DNA of 55,902 nucleotides, taken from assembly GCA_035628295.1 (NCBI GenBank), contig DASPKC010000183.1, positions 1 through 55,902 of the forward strand, in the 5' to 3' direction. How positions within the stretch are numbered: the stretch's first letter is position 1; each line of letters opens with the position of its first letter. A program made the position numbers and the translations under genes. The notes under the pieces are model-generated. The model was not told the DNA's origin and did not search any database. It was given only the letters and a program-made list of their open reading frames with translations. This document shows, one piece after another, positions 19,018-27,054 of the stretch. The DNA is from Baekduia sp. (GTDB lineage: Bacteria; Actinomycetota; Thermoleophilia; Solirubrobacterales; Solirubrobacteraceae).

Positions 19018-20629
19018 GCCCGGCCGCCAGATGCGCTGGTGGGGATGGGGCGACCCCGGCCACCGCTCCGACCCGCCGGCCCACGCCCTGGCCTGGCTGG
19101 AGGGCGAGCTCGGCGCGCTGGACGCCGGGCGCCGGCCGCCGGCGCTGGAGGACGTGCGCCTCGGCGACCCGGCGCTCGAGGCCGGCGCGCGGCGCGCGCT
19201 GGAGGCCACGGTGGGCGCCGAGCACGTGCGCGACGACCGGGAGGCCCGCGTCCTGCACGCTGCCGGCAAGTCCTACCCGGACCTCGTGCGCCAGCGCGCG
19301 GGCGACGCGCTCGGCGCCCCCGACGCGGTCGTGGAGCCCGGGACGCACGACGAGGTGCGGGCCGTGCTGGCCGCCTGCGCGCAGGCCGGCGTGGCGGTCG
19401 TGCCGTTCGGGGGCGGGACGTCGGTCGTGGGCGGGGTGGAGCCGCTGCGCGGCGGCCACGCCGCGGTGATCGCGCTCGACCTGGGGCGGATGGACCGCCT
19501 GGTGGGCCTCGACGCCCGGTCGCGGACCGCCCTGCTGGAGCCGGGCCTGCGCGGCCCGGAGGTCGAGCGCGCGCTCGCGCCGCACGGCTTCACACTCGGG
19601 CACTTCCCGCAGTCCTTCGAGTACGCCACCGTGGGCGGGTTCGTCGCCACGCGGTCGGCGGGCCAGGCGTCGACCGGCTACGGGCGCATCGACGAGCTGG
19701 TCCTCGGCCTGCGGATGGCGGCGCCGGCGGGCGACATCGATCTGCCGCCGCTGCCCGCCACGGCCGCCGGCCCGGGATTGCGCGAGACGCTCGTGGGCTC
19801 CGAGGGCGTGCTCGGCGTGCTGACCCAGGTGGCGCTGCGCGTCGCCCCGCTGCCGCAGGAGCGCCGCTACGAGGCGTGGGTCCTGCCGTCGTTCGCCGCC
19901 GGCGCGGAGGCCTTTCGCGAGCTCGAGCAGTCCGGCGCCGCGCCGCACGTCGCGCGCCTCAGCGACGAGCGCGAGACGCAGATGAACCTGGCGCTGGCCG
20001 GCGCGGGCGGCGCGAAGGGCCGCGTCCTCGCCGCCTACCTGCGCGCCCGCCGGGTGGCCGGCGGCTGCCTGGCGATCCTGGGCTGGGAGGGCACGGAGGT
20101 CGCGGTCCGCGCGCGGCGCGCCGAGACGACCGCGGTCCTGCGCCGCCACGGCGCCGCGTCGCTGGGCGCCTCGCCAGGGCGCTCCTGGGAGCGCGGGCGC
20201 TTCCACGCGCCCTACCTGCGCGACGACCTGCTCGACCGCGGGGTCCTCGTCGAGACGCTCGAGACGGCGGCGCAGTGGTCGGACCTGGAGCGGGTGCACG
20301 AGGCCGTCGGCGCCGCGCTGCGCCGCCACTGCCCGGTCGTGGCCTGCCACATCTCGCACCTGTACGCCAGCGGCGCGTCGCTGTACTTCACGTTCCTCGC
20401 CCGGCAGGAGCCCGGCGCCGAGCTCGAGCAGTGGCGGCGCATCAAGACCGACGCGTGCGAGGCGATCGCCGCCTCGGGCGCCACCATCACCCACCACCAC
20501 GCCGTGGGGCGCGACCACGCGCCGTGGATGCACGCGGAGGTGGGGGACACCGGGGTGGCGGCCCTGCGCGCCCTCAAGCGCGAGCTCGATCCGGCCGGGA
20601 TCCTCAACCCCGGCAAGCTGCTGCCCTGA
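19010..20629 (+). CDS. FAD-binding oxidoreductase, alkyl-DHAP-synthase-like
   Basis: WWGWG, PFGGGTSVVGG, GHFPQSFE, GSEG, HISHLY..GASLYFTF, THHHAVG, DPAGILNPGKL. Confidence 0.88.
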   Translation: MAEPGRQMRWWGWGDPGHRSDPPAHALAWLEGELGALDAGRRPPALEDVRLGDPALEAGARRALEATVGAEHVRDDREARVLHAAGKSYPDLVRQRAGDALGAPDAVVEPGTHDEVRAVLAACAQAGVAVVPFGGGTSVVGGVEPLRGGHAAVIALDLGRMDRLVGLDARSRTALLEPGLRGPEVERALAPHGFTLGHFPQSFEYATVGGFVATRSAGQASTGYGRIDELVLGLRMAAPAGDIDLPPLPATAAGPGLRETLVGSEGVLGVLTQVALRVAPLPQERRYEAWVLPSFAAGAEAFRELEQSGAAPHVARLSDERETQMNLALAGAGGAKGRVLAAYLRARRVAGGCLAILGWEGTEVAVRARRAETTAVLRRHGAASLGASPGRSWERGRFHAPYLRDDLLDRGVLVETLETAAQWSDLERVHEAVGAALRRHCPVVACHISHLYASGASLYFTFLARQEPGAELEQWRRIKTDACEAIAASGATITHHHAVGRDHAPWMHAEVGDTGVAALRALKRELDPAGILNPGKLLP

Positions 20630-20635
20630 CCCCGG

Positions 20636-21604
20636 CTACGGCTGGGTGGTCGTGCCCTGGCCCTGCTGCTGGCCGGCGCCGCCGGTCGTGCGGAACTCGC
20701 CGCGCAGCACGATCGTCCCCGGCTGCTTGGGCCGGTCGACGCGCTCGCGCGTGATGACGAGCTGGCTGAACTGCTCGGCGTTCTCGGGCAGCGGCGCGAG
20801 GCCCTGCAGGCGGCCCTTGGCCTCGCCGCTGTTGGTCACGGGCGGCGCGAAGCCCAGGAACTGGGCCTTGGTCGGGCTCGAGTACAGCCACACGGCGTAC
20901 CGGGGGCTGGCCGCGAGGCCCTGGGCGATGACGGCGATCGCGCGCTGCTCGCCCTGCGCCACGACGTTGGCCACGCCGAGCGCCTCGGACCCCTCGTTGG
21001 CCGGCTGGAGGTTGATCTGCGCCAGGACCTGCGGCTGCCCGGCGGCGGTCGTCGCCGTGGTGGCCGCGGCGTCGCCACCCTTGTCGTCGTCGTCGCCGCC
21101 GATAGCCCCGGTGAGGAGCAGCACGACGAGCGTCAGGCCGAGCGCGACGGCGCCCAGCAGGACGTAGCCGCCCACCCGCGAGCGCTGCTGGTTCTCCTCC
21201 CGGACGCGGCGCCGCGCGTCGAGGGCGTCGAACGCCTCCTCCTGCTCGACCGTGTCGGCCGGGATCTCGGGCAGCGCGTCGCCCGCGAGGGGCCGCAGCT
21301 CGCCCGCCACCGCGCGCGCCCACGAGCGGCCCGCGGCCGACGCCTCGAGGAATTCCCGGGTCGCCGCCCGGCCCGACGCGGACTGCTGGCCGAGCAGGTA
21401 GTCGGCCACCTCGTCCTGGCGCTCGGGGCTCAGGCCCGCGGCGTCCTCGGGGCCCAGCGTGTCCAGCGCGGTGAGCGCCCGGTCGCGCACCGCTTCGGGC
21501 GTCGTGCGCAGCAGCCCGGACAGGTCGTCGTAGCTCTTGCCCTGCTTCAGCAGGAGCTGGAGGACGGCCTTCTGGTCGGCGGGCAGCGAATCGAAGCGGG
21601 ACAT
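20636..21604 (-). CDS. Membrane-anchored protein: sigma70 region-4-like HTH, anti-sigma-like domain, TM and RskA-like extracellular domain
   Basis: N-terminal LPADQKAVLQL..QGKSYDDLSGLL....EAVRDR; one TM; C-terminal YAVWL...LVITRE....P..PG.IVL.G. Confidence 0.6.
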   Translation of the reverse strand: MSRFDSLPADQKAVLQLLLKQGKSYDDLSGLLRTTPEAVRDRALTALDTLGPEDAAGLSPERQDEVADYLLGQQSASGRAATREFLEASAAGRSWARAVAGELRPLAGDALPEIPADTVEQEEAFDALDARRRVREENQQRSRVGGYVLLGAVALGLTLVVLLLTGAIGGDDDDKGGDAAATTATTAAGQPQVLAQINLQPANEGSEALGVANVVAQGEQRAIAVIAQGLAASPRYAVWLYSSPTKAQFLGFAPPVTNSGEAKGRLQGLAPLPENAEQFSQLVITRERVDRPKQPGTIVLRGEFRTTGGAGQQQGQGTTTQP

Positions 21605-21647
21605 CGGCGCGCGAGCCTACCGGGGCACGCGGCTAGGGTGCGCCACC

Positions 21648-22052
21648 ATGGCCACGACCGACCTGCAGTTCCCCATCGTCCACGACCACGGGTTCGACGG
21701 CCTGTACGGCCTCGTCGTGGACGGCTACGACGACGACGGGACCGTCCGCGCACACGTCGACATCGACGAGCGCCACAAGCAGCCCGCCGGGCTCGTCCAC
21801 GGAGGCCTGCTCGCCGCGATCGCCGAGTCCATCACGTCGATGGCGACGTACGTCGCGGTGGCCAAGGACGGCCGCACCGCCCAGGGCCTGTCCAACCAGA
21901 CGTCCTTCCTGCGGCCCATCCTGCAGGGCACGATCCACGCGATCGCGCGGCCCAAGCACCGAGGCCGCACCACCTGGGTCTGGGAAGTGGAGATGCAGGA
22001 CGACGACGGCCGGCTCTGCACGCTGGTGCGCATGACGATCGCGGTGCGCTAG
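21648..22052 (+). CDS. PaaI-family hotdog thioesterase
   Basis: QPAGLVHGG...AE, FLRP, HRGRTTWVW. Confidence 0.9.
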   Translation: MATTDLQFPIVHDHGFDGLYGLVVDGYDDDGTVRAHVDIDERHKQPAGLVHGGLLAAIAESITSMATYVAVAKDGRTAQGLSNQTSFLRPILQGTIHAIARPKHRGRTTWVWEVEMQDDDGRLCTLVRMTIAVR

Positions 22053-22121
22053 GCGGCCGGCATGGGTCGCGCGGCGTGGCGCGCGGGCTGCCGCGGCGCG
22101 CGCCGCCCCGCGGCCGCATGT

Positions 22122-22254
22122 GTTGGCGGATCCACCCTCGGATGCGGCGGCGATCCGCCAACCAGGCGGCGTGGCGGGTCGGGCCGACGCCGCGGCGAGG
22201 GGCCGGGGCGCCGGTTCAGCACCTGTGGGTCGCTCTGCGACCCCTACGTGCTGA
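22122..22254. repeat. Two REP-like hairpins in a convergent intergenic gap
   Basis: GTTGGCGGATC(22122-22132)...GATCCGCCAAC(22152-22162), and TCAGCAC..GGGTCGC-TCT-GCGACCC..GTGCTGA (22216-22254). Confidence 0.65.
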
Positions 22255-22397
22255 GGTGCCGTGACGCGCCGCTCCCGCCCGCGACAGGCCGCCGCGGCCC
22301 GCGCTTTCCGCCCGCCGCCTCGTCGTTGAGCTGTCGGCGACGGTACCGTCCGCCGCCCCCGCGCCGCGCGGCGCGCCGGCGCGCCCGGGCCCCCGCA

Positions 22398-22820
22398 TCA
22401 CCGCCCGAGCCAGAACTCCACGAAGCGCCGGAGCGCCGGGTCCCGCGGGCCGGTGGCGCGCAGTGCGCGGCCGTCGGCGTACGCGACCACCTCGCTGCCG
22501 GCCGCGGCGCGCAGCAGCACCGCTTGGCCTGCGGCGCGCAGCGGGCCCTGCTCGGCCGGCGGCAGGCCGGTCACGTCACGCACGAGGGCCGCGAGCGCCC
22601 GCCGCTGCGCCGCCGGGTGCAGGACGACGACGTTGCCGCGCCGCACGTCGCCCGCCACCGCCGCGGGGACCTGCGCGGCCCGCCCCGGCGCGCCCTGCCG
22701 CCCGGCATCGCCGGGGGTCGTCGTCGCGTCGTCGCGGGCGGAGAAGAAGAGCACCGCGCCGGCGGCCCCGGCGGCACCCAGCAGGATCGCCGCCGCGAGC
22801 GCGAGCGCCCGGCCCCTCAG
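22398..22820 (-). CDS. Membrane-anchored hypothetical protein (start uncertain)
   Basis: Hydrophobic N-terminus, then GNVVVLH...LRAAGQAV...LRRFVEFWLGR; abuts the WS/DGAT stop. Confidence 0.55.
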   Translation of the reverse strand: MRGRALALAAAILLGAAGAAGAVLFFSARDDATTTPGDAGRQGAPGRAAQVPAAVAGDVRRGNVVVLHPAAQRRALAALVRDVTGLPPAEQGPLRAAGQAVLLRAAAGSEVVAYADGRALRATGPRDPALRRFVEFWLGR

Positions 22821-24238
22821 GACGGCGCTCCGGCGGCGGCGTGGGTGGCGCGGCCGTTGCTGCTGGGCGGCGGCAGCACGCCGGCCGCGGTGGTGAGGGA
22901 GGCGAGCGCATCGCGCAGCTCCGCCGTCAGGTCGTCGAGATCGGGCAGCGCGTCGTAGTCGGCCAGCAGGCCGAAGCCCATCCGCCCGTCGTAGCTCAGG
23001 ACGGCCACGCCGAGCGCCAGGTGCTGCGCGAGCGGCACGACGGGGTACATCGCGGTCAGCCGGTGGCCGAGGAGGTACAGCGGCGTCTGCGGGCCCGGCA
23101 CGTTCGTGACCACGAGGTTGAACAGGCGCTGGCGCGCCTGCAGCCGCGCGGCCTGGCTCAGGATGGTGGGCGGCGCGAAGTCGCCGATGGCGGTGATCGC
23201 CTGCGCGCCCAGGGCCTGGCCGGAGTGCTTGACGTGCTCCATGGCGCCGTGGACCTCGCGGAAGCACGCGACCGGGTCCTCGACGCCGACCGGCAGCGGC
23301 GCGAACATCGCGGCGACCTTGTTGTTGAACTGGTGGTGCTCGGCTTGGGTGCGGACCGACACCGGGACCATCGCGCGCAGGACCAGCCCCTCGGTGTCCT
23401 CGCCGCGCCCGCGCAGCCAGCGTCCGAGCCCCAGCGCGACGCCGGTGAGCACCACGTCGTTGACGGTGCCCCCGAGCGCGTCCTTGACCGCCTTGAGCGC
23501 GGCCAGGTCGGCGTCGACCCAGGCGAAGCGCCGGTGCGGGCCGGTCGGGACGTTGAGCGGGGACTGCGGCGCGACGTCGAGCGCCGCGCGCGCCATGGAC
23601 GCCAGCCCCGCCGCGCTGCGCAGCACCTGCTTGGGCGCGCGCGTGACGGCGCGCAGGAGCTCCGATGGGACGGTGACGCGCTCCACGAGCGCCTCGCCGA
23701 GCAGCTGCACGGCCGAGGGGGTCGGGCGCGGCTGCCAGGGGTGGGCGGCGTCGGGCTCGGCGACCGGGTCGGGCGCGAACAGCACCGACAGCAGGTCGAC
23801 GCCGCTGATGCCGTCCACGAGCGCGTGGTGCGTCTTGGTCACGACCGCGAACCGGTCGCCGGCGAGGCCCTCGACGAGCCAGATCTCCCACAGCGGCTTG
23901 TGGCGGTCCAGCGGCTGGGCCATGAGGCGCCCGGTGAGCCGCGCGAGGTCGCGGTCGGCGCCGGGCCGCGGCAACGCGGTGTGGCGGACGTGGTAGGCGA
24001 TGTTGAAGTGCGGGTCGTCGACCCACCGCGGGCGGCCCTGCGCGAGCGGGACCCACGCGATGCGCTGGCGGTAGCGCGGCACGAGGTGCAGCCGCGACTC
24101 GATCACGGCCATGAGGTCCTCGTGCGACGGCGGCCGTCCCTCGAAGAGCAGGACCGAGGCGACATGCATGTGCGCCCCGCCGGCCTCGAGGTGCAGGAAG
24201 GAGGCGTCCAGCGCCGACAGCCGGTCCGTGGAGCGCAT
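22817..24238 (-). CDS. Wax ester/triacylglycerol synthase (WS/DGAT)
   Basis: RLSALDASFL, PLWE, HHALVDG catalytic motif, TVNDV, TNVPGP. Confidence 0.95.
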   Translation of the reverse strand: MRSTDRLSALDASFLHLEAGGAHMHVASVLLFEGRPPSHEDLMAVIESRLHLVPRYRQRIAWVPLAQGRPRWVDDPHFNIAYHVRHTALPRPGADRDLARLTGRLMAQPLDRHKPLWEIWLVEGLAGDRFAVVTKTHHALVDGISGVDLLSVLFAPDPVAEPDAAHPWQPRPTPSAVQLLGEALVERVTVPSELLRAVTRAPKQVLRSAAGLASMARAALDVAPQSPLNVPTGPHRRFAWVDADLAALKAVKDALGGTVNDVVLTGVALGLGRWLRGRGEDTEGLVLRAMVPVSVRTQAEHHQFNNKVAAMFAPLPVGVEDPVACFREVHGAMEHVKHSGQALGAQAITAIGDFAPPTILSQAARLQARQRLFNLVVTNVPGPQTPLYLLGHRLTAMYPVVPLAQHLALGVAVLSYDGRMGFGLLADYDALPDLDDLTAELRDALASLTTAAGVLPPPSSNGRATHAAAGAPS

Positions 24239-24275
24239 GGGCGGATCGTCGCCGAGTCGTGGCGCGAGGGCAACC

Positions 24276-24325
24276 TGGACAGACTCTGCACAAAACGTTG
24301 AAGTCCGTTGTACAGCCGGTACAAC
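24276..24325 (+). promoter_or_regulatory. 11-bp-period TnnACA direct repeats plus GTTGTAC-N5-GTACAAC palindrome (CarH/LitR-type operator candidate)
   Basis: TGGACA 24276, TGCACA 24287, TTGAAG 24298 (degenerate, possible -35), TGTACA 24309; palindrome 24307-24325. Confidence 0.5.
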
Positions 24326-24332
24326 TGTCGCC

Positions 24333-24866
24333 ATGGACCTCACCGACCCCCTGACGTTCAGCGCGATCTACGACGAGCACGCCCCGGGCGTGTACGCGAC
24401 GGCGATGCGGGTCCTGGGCGACGCCGCCCGCGCCGAGGACGTCACCCAGGACGTCTTCCTGCGGCTCTGGCGGTCGCCCAGGCGCTTCGACGAGCGTCGC
24501 GGCGGGCTCGGCCCGTACCTGCGCCTCATGGCCCGCAGCCGCGCCGTCGACGTCTGGCGCGAGGGCCAGGCCCACGGGCGTGCCCGCCAGCGCCTCGAGC
24601 ACGTGGTCGAGCGCGCCGAGCCCCGCAGCGACGAGCGCCCGGACCAGGTCGCCGAGGACCGCGACCGGGACCGCGCCGTGCGCAGCGCCGTCCGCGCCCT
24701 GCCCGAGTCCCAGCGCGAGGCCGTCACGCTGGCCTACTGGGGCGGACTCACCGCCGAGGAGATCGCCCGGCGCGCCGGCGTGCCGCTGGGCACCGCCAAG
24801 AGCCGCGTGCGCCTCGGGCTGGGCAAGCTGCGGGCCGACATGGGCACGATGGCCGAGGCCGCGTAG
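24333..24866 (+). CDS. ECF RNA polymerase sigma factor (SigK/LitS-like)
   Basis: AEDVTQDVFLRLWR...FDERRG; LPESQREAVTLAYWGGLT..EIA...VPLGTAKSRVR. Confidence 0.92.
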   Translation: MDLTDPLTFSAIYDEHAPGVYATAMRVLGDAARAEDVTQDVFLRLWRSPRRFDERRGGLGPYLRLMARSRAVDVWREGQAHGRARQRLEHVVERAEPRSDERPDQVAEDRDRDRAVRSAVRALPESQREAVTLAYWGGLTAEEIARRAGVPLGTAKSRVRLGLGKLRADMGTMAEAA

Positions 24867-24897
24867 GGCACCGCCACGGTGGCCGTAGGCTCCGGCC

Positions 24898-26046
24898 ATG
24901 CCGGTCCGGGGCCTCGAGCACGACACCGACTTCGCCACGCTGCACGCCGACGGCGTCACCTGGGTGGGCGAGGCGCCCGTCTGGCTCGACGTCCACACCC
25001 ACATCGGCCACCACGACCCCGACGGGCTGGAGGCCGACCCCGAGGAGCTGGTGGACGCCCTCGACCACGCCGGCCACGACCAGGCGTGCGTGTTCGCGAT
25101 GCACGAGCCCCACGGCTACCGGCACGCCAACGACGTGGTGCTCGCGGCCTGCGAGGCGTCGCAGGGCCGGCTGATGGCACTGGCCCGCGTGTCGCCGCAC
25201 GCCGAGGACGCGCCCGCCGAGCTGGCCCGCTGCCTCGCCGCGGGCGCCCGCGGCGTCAAGCTTCACCCGCGCAGCGACGACTTCCAGCTCGACCACCCCG
25301 AGATCGACGGCCTCGTCGAGCAGGTCGCGCAGATCCGCGGGGTCGTGCTCGTCCACGCCGGACGCGGGATCCCCGAGCTCGGCCGTCACGCCGTCGCCCT
25401 CGCCGAGGCCCACCCCGGCGCGCGGATCGTCCTCGCCCACGCGGGCATCAGCGACCTGGGGCTGCTGGTCGAGCACACCGAGGCGCTGGCGAACCTGCTC
25501 TTCGACACGTCGTGGTGGCAGCCGTCCGACCTCCTGCAGCTCCTGACCACCGTGCCGCCGGGGCGGATCCTGTACGCCAGCGACATGCCCTACGGCCCGC
25601 CGCGCACCGCCGCGACGCTGCTGCTGCGGTGTGCCCAGCAGGCCGGCCTGCGCACCGAGCAGGTGCGCGAGATGGTCGGCGCCCAGGCGCGGCGCGCGCT
25701 GCTCGGCGAGGACCTCGTCGACCTCGGCCCGGCGCCCGGCCCCGAGGCGCTCGGCCCCCGCGTCCTGTCCTTCGAGCGCGCGGCCGCCTACCTGACCGCC
25801 GCGGTCCAGGGCACCTTCCGCGGCGCCGACCCGGCCGAGGCCTACGCGCTGGCGCGCCTGGCCTGCCAGCGCCCCGGGGCCGAGGCGCCGCACGCCGCCG
25901 CGCTCGAGGTCCTCGAGGAGTACGTCGCGATGGCGCAGGACCGCCTGGAGGCGCACCGCGACCCGTTCGACGCGGTGCAGGCCGGCATGGCCGCCCTGCT
26001 CGTCGCCGGGACCCCGGGCGTCGCCGCCCGCCCTCCAGCCGTGTGA
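24898..26046 (+). CDS. Amidohydrolase-2 family metal-dependent hydrolase
   Basis: DVHTH, GVKLHP, VHAG, LAHAG, YASDMPY. Confidence 0.85.
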   Translation: MPVRGLEHDTDFATLHADGVTWVGEAPVWLDVHTHIGHHDPDGLEADPEELVDALDHAGHDQACVFAMHEPHGYRHANDVVLAACEASQGRLMALARVSPHAEDAPAELARCLAAGARGVKLHPRSDDFQLDHPEIDGLVEQVAQIRGVVLVHAGRGIPELGRHAVALAEAHPGARIVLAHAGISDLGLLVEHTEALANLLFDTSWWQPSDLLQLLTTVPPGRILYASDMPYGPPRTAATLLLRCAQQAGLRTEQVREMVGAQARRALLGEDLVDLGPAPGPEALGPRVLSFERAAAYLTAAVQGTFRGADPAEAYALARLACQRPGAEAPHAAALEVLEEYVAMAQDRLEAHRDPFDAVQAGMAALLVAGTPGVAARPPAV

Positions 26047-26082
26047 CGGTCCTCACAGAGGACAGGGCGCGGACCGGTACGC

Positions 26083-26098
26083 TCGAACACTAGTTCGA
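26083..26098. promoter_or_regulatory. LexA (SOS) box TCGAAC-ACTA-GTTCGA
   Basis: Perfect match to the actinobacterial consensus TCGAAC-N4-GTTCGA, overlapping -10 TACGCT (26078-26083) and the probable start site. Confidence 0.75.
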
Positions 26099-26100
26099 GA

Positions 26101-26277
26101 GATCGCCGAGTCGACCCTGCCCACTGCGGGGTCGAGCGGGGGACCCACTCGCCGGCATCGGTCACCCGGAGCCGGCTGGGGCGAATCGGCCGCATCGCCG
26201 CGGCCGTAGCGCGCGAGGCGCCGTGCGAAGGAGCACGCGCCGCGCCTGCGAGCCCGACAGCTAACCCCGTAGGCGGC
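26101..26277 (+). ncRNA. Cyclic di-AMP (ydaO/yuaA) riboswitch
   Basis: Conserved blocks CGCCGA, GGGGGACCCA, GGGGCGAATC and CCCGACAGCTAACCCCGTAGGCG, upstream of a cell-wall-remodelling gene with SD AGGAGG. Confidence 0.9.
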
Positions 26278-26299
26278 ACAAGACAGGAGGACCCTCGTC

Positions 26300-27010
26300 G
26301 TGAGGCCGCAGTTCGACCTGCGCGCCCGTGCCGGCCTGGCCGGTGCTGGAGCGCTGCTGACCATGACCCCGCTCGTCGTCGCGCCTGCCACGGCGCGCTC
26401 GCAGGACCCCGCGCCGCCCGCGGCGCAGGCCGCCAGCGGCCCGGTGGCGACCAAGTCGTCCGCCGCGCTGAGCGTGCGCTCGGTCCGCCGGCACGTCACC
26501 ACGGGCCGTGCGGTGCTGGTCACGGGCATCCTGCGCCCCGCCCGCGCCGGCAAGGCCGTCGCCCTGCAGGTCCGCGGCCGGCGCGGCTGGACCACGGTCG
26601 ACAAGGACCGCACCAACCGCGTCGGCGCCTACCGGCTGACGTGGGACGCCGGCCGCCCCGCGACGCGCCTGGTGCGCGTGCACTTCGGCGGCACGCGCGA
26701 CCTGCGCTCCGACCGCCGGCGCGTCGGCCGCGTCAACGTCTACCGCCGCGCAGTCGCGTCGTGGTACGGCCCCGGCCTGTACGGCAACAAGCTGGGCTGC
26801 GGCGGGCGGCTGTCGCCGGGCACCGTCGGCGTGGCGCACAAGTCGCTGCCCTGCGGCACGCGCCTGACCCTGCGCTATCGCGGGCGCACCGTCCGCACGA
26901 AGGTCATCGACCGCGGCCCCTACGTCGGCGGGCGCGAGTTCGACCTCACCGCCGCCACGAAGCAGCGGTTGGGCTTCGGCTCGACCGGCACGGTCCTCAG
27001 CACCCGGTAG
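26300..27010 (+). CDS. RlpA-family (DPBB) secreted lytic transglycosylase-like protein
   Basis: Signal peptide, Ig-like region, ASWYGPG..G..LGCG, AHKSLPCGT, VIDRGPY...REFDLT. Confidence 0.9.
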   Translation: MRPQFDLRARAGLAGAGALLTMTPLVVAPATARSQDPAPPAAQAASGPVATKSSAALSVRSVRRHVTTGRAVLVTGILRPARAGKAVALQVRGRRGWTTVDKDRTNRVGAYRLTWDAGRPATRLVRVHFGGTRDLRSDRRRVGRVNVYRRAVASWYGPGLYGNKLGCGGRLSPGTVGVAHKSLPCGTRLTLRYRGRTVRTKVIDRGPYVGGREFDLTAATKQRLGFGSTGTVLSTR

Positions 27011-27054
27011 CCCCGACGGGTCCGTCCCTGCCGCCGCCTACCCTGCAGGGCGGC

